Source: Takakia lepidozioides (lineage: Eukaryota; Plantae; Bryophyta). Taken from it: 64,000 bases of DNA. Where the stretch lies: NCBI GenBank assembly GCA_030704615.1, contig CM060733.1:1922001-1986000 (forward strand), read 5' to 3'. Position 1 is the first letter of the stretch. Every line of letters starts with the position of its first letter. Of the stretch, positions 61,246 through 64,000 are shown piece by piece. Under the pieces are notes generated by a model, which saw only the letters and a list, made by a program, of their open reading frames with translations, was not told where the DNA came from and did not search any database. Made by a program: the position numbers and the translations under genes.

Positions 61246-64000
61246 CTATGTGCTTGTATCCCGTTGCAAGAGAGTATTGATCTCGTTGACACTCATTGTT
61301 GCCTGGTGAATGAAGTTGTCACGTTTGGGATCACAAACCATCCTCTTCACGAAGATGAAGTACAAATGTTTGCAGGGTACGAATTTACCTCTCTTGCCCA
61401 AACTGGTTGATAGCATCCCAACAAAATCAGGACAGGTGCAATTGGGGAAATTGGAAACAGTGATGTCGTACGCCCTATTGTGAATAGCAGATGTCGAGGT
61501 GATCATTGTGTACACCCGACCATACCCAGGATCAGGCACCTCCATCGTGCTGGAAACACGAGCTTGGAGCATTCTAGCGGACTCCACCTTGCCGAAGTGT
61601 TCTGCAGTTGGAGGGAAACGCCGAACAAGTTTTCCATTTCGTTTTGTTGGTCACAAATGAGCATCTACCGGAGGGACCTTTATACTCCCAGAACTGGAAG
61701 CAGATGCACGCACATGGGGTTGTCTTGCAAGGGAAAATCCTGGCTCTTCCAGCATTGCAATCTCTTGATTTGTGAGATTTGTTCCCAACTTCATGGGCCA
61801 AACTGCTGGTGGACTTGGCTTCATCACCGCACAGTTCCATGCACACATCTCCCACAAATCGTCTGCATAGAACCAAAACTTGTGGTTCCTGGTTTCTGGT
61901 TGCCCATACGGGCGCATCAAACCAGTGAAAGTTGGAATTAGAGTGCGGGCACCACCTCTGGATATGGAAGAAGTGCATTTCTCAGAATTGGTTGCCCTAA
62001 TTGCCGTACATTTGACACGAGACCCTGCAGTTGTGCACTCTATGTGCCAAATGTGGTCGGGGCACATGGACTCCACAATATCAGGGAGCAAATTTATCTC
62101 TTGCACCATTGCAATGGGGTTGTTATATGTTGGAGTCTGCCCTCCTGTCGCAGGTTCCTCAAGAAGGGATGGTCCGGATATATATCTCTCATGCAGAGGG
62201 ACACGAGGCGTGGAGAAGTTATCACGGTCTGCCCTGTGCGAATCGGAATCCGAACTAGGAGGGGTGTTCAATTTCCTCTTGCAGGAGCCAAATCTCTCCT
62301 CCCCTTCTAGATGTGGAACTCTAGACACAAGAGGCGTTCCCTTGGAACACATGTCCAACGTCCATGCTATCTTGCTTGGATCCCCTGATCTGCTTGCAGC
62401 ACGCAACATCAACTCTTGTTTGTCCGGACCCTTCCCACCAACGCCTCCTCTCAAGAAGTCACGATATCTGGTTTGTTGTTGGAGTGCACGTATGAGATCA
62501 TCTATTGTTGCCACATACAAATCCCGACCCCGTTTCCCGGACTGTTGCAACCATGTGTTGTGCACTATCTCTGCCAAATTGCAAGATGACATGTCTGCCA
62601 TTTCCTCAATGGACATGTTCTGCAAAGTGGAAAACACACTTCAGAATACCAAAGAGGTTACAACACCACCCAAGCAAATGCAAATCTGCACCCCGGAACG
62701 ATATGGAAAATGCATGCAATACTAGATACGTACCGTTGTCATGGAGTGTCTGTACCGGAAGTGCCAAAACGCCAACCAATCTTCCAACGCTCTCATACTG
62801 TCAAGCAATGCTCCTGAAGAGAACCACCAGGCACGAATTGTCTAGAACAATGTATTCGCCTCCGCCATTGATTTGGCATCTTTGTACTCTTTGCACAACT
62901 TACGATGTTGTGTCTGCATCTCAGGTTTGATATCCGCTTTCGTATGTTTCTCCAGAGATTGGGTCCAATGGAACAGACATGTACGCTCTCTTCCCTCCAT
63001 TGGCACCTTTGGGTCCCCCGATCCAAAGATAATCCGCACAACATTGAAATTCGCATGTGCACTATCTGCCATGAAACCAGCAAAATTCGGAGCAAGGACG
63101 CCATGGCACCCCATAACACGAATCAGGGATTTCCACATTAGCTGCTGGGATTCCGAATCCTCCGACTGCATGTCACAAACTGCAATTGTCATAACTCGCT
63201 GGTATACAGGATCGTACACATGACAAGCCATAGTTGTCCAATCTTTCACCCGTTTGACGTGATCAAACATAAGAAAACATTTCTCCAGGTCACCACTCTT
63301 CTGCATCCGCCTGACGAGGCTCACCCCGCTGCCCTCCCCGGTTGTGGACATTTTGAAAAGATATACTTTTGTCGCTCCTTGCCCTGGAAACACACTGTCC
63401 TGTATGTAGTCGTACTTGCTCATTCCTTTCAATTCCAGAATGTTGTCAATGTAGCCTCTATTTCCAGAGCGCATTCTCAATGCATTCACCTGATGGCGAA
63501 TGTTAGGTGAACTCAATGCTGAGAAATGATCCATGACAATGTCCAATGCCGGTCCATCAAGTTTACTTCCCACAGAATCCACTGCACATAAAATATGGCT
63601 ATCCAAGAAGCTCTTGCTTGTGGCAAGAGCGATTGCAGATGTGGTTGCGGATGGGTTGCTCTCGTACTCTTGTTTAATCAACCTTGACACGTCTCAAGAC
63701 TTTCCATGTAATCGCCCTTTGAGACTGGATGGTTATGAAAACCGAAATGCACACAAGCTCGAGTCACAGTTTTCAAACGGTGCACCACGTAGTACATTCT
63801 TGCATCACACACCGCCAGGCATGATGGGATAAGCTTACAAAATTTGCAAACAAAAGTGTCCGTCCGCGAAGGAGCCGCCCCCGGCTTAAATGGATTTTCA
63901 GCGATACCCTCCCACTCGCTCTGGTTGTGAACCCCCGATTGAAGAAAGTGCCTGCAATTGAAATTTTCGCACTTGAGGTGCCCATTGCAAACTCTTCTCC
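61246..64000 (-). mobile_element. Mutator-like (MULE) transposase with C-terminal SWIM finger, frameshifted, continuing beyond the window
   Basis: N-terminal CKFC..C.AR.Y..H.G.HNHPV zinc module (~63720-63860); MULE core FLMFDHVKRV..FMADSAHANF..CLFHWTQS (62842-63690); SCNLAEIVHN.W (~62580); SWIM CTCPDF..CKHLYF (61246-61587). Confidence 0.88.

Noticed and set aside
61880-62725. 281-aa plus-strand ORF, and similar antisense ORFs over the LINE and gypsy regions
   Set aside because: Shadow ORFs on the strand opposite recognisable transposon coding sequence.

Overview
Repeat-rich eukaryotic land-plant DNA, probably a moss (judged from the 5S-like sequence). There are two apparently intact host genes: the 3' six exons of a ceramide kinase (CERK/ACD5-like, 1-3173) and an intronless TPD1-family secreted peptide gene (31072-31632). 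The TPD1 gene is preceded by a uORF that is a diverged copy of its own signal-peptide region. The rest is a nested set of mobile elements: a complete but decayed pogo/Tc1 element, LINE fragments, a tandem array of a tRNA-derived Pol III unit hit by two 4-bp-TSD elements, a Sola2-type transposase relic, a MULE MITE, a MULE/SWIM transposase, a Crypton-type tyrosine recombinase relic, three pieces of one Ty3/gypsy family whose ~1000-aa extra ORF is in frame with integrase, and two CACTA elements carrying captured PPR and plastid glucose-transporter gene fragments. The most unexpected signal is a ~3.5-kb minus-strand tract (32760-36215). It carries degenerate but collinear motifs of a Mononegavirales L polymerase and is read here as an old endogenised negative-strand RNA virus lying tail-to-tail with the TPD1 gene. 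All family assignments come from manual motif recognition; no database search was run.
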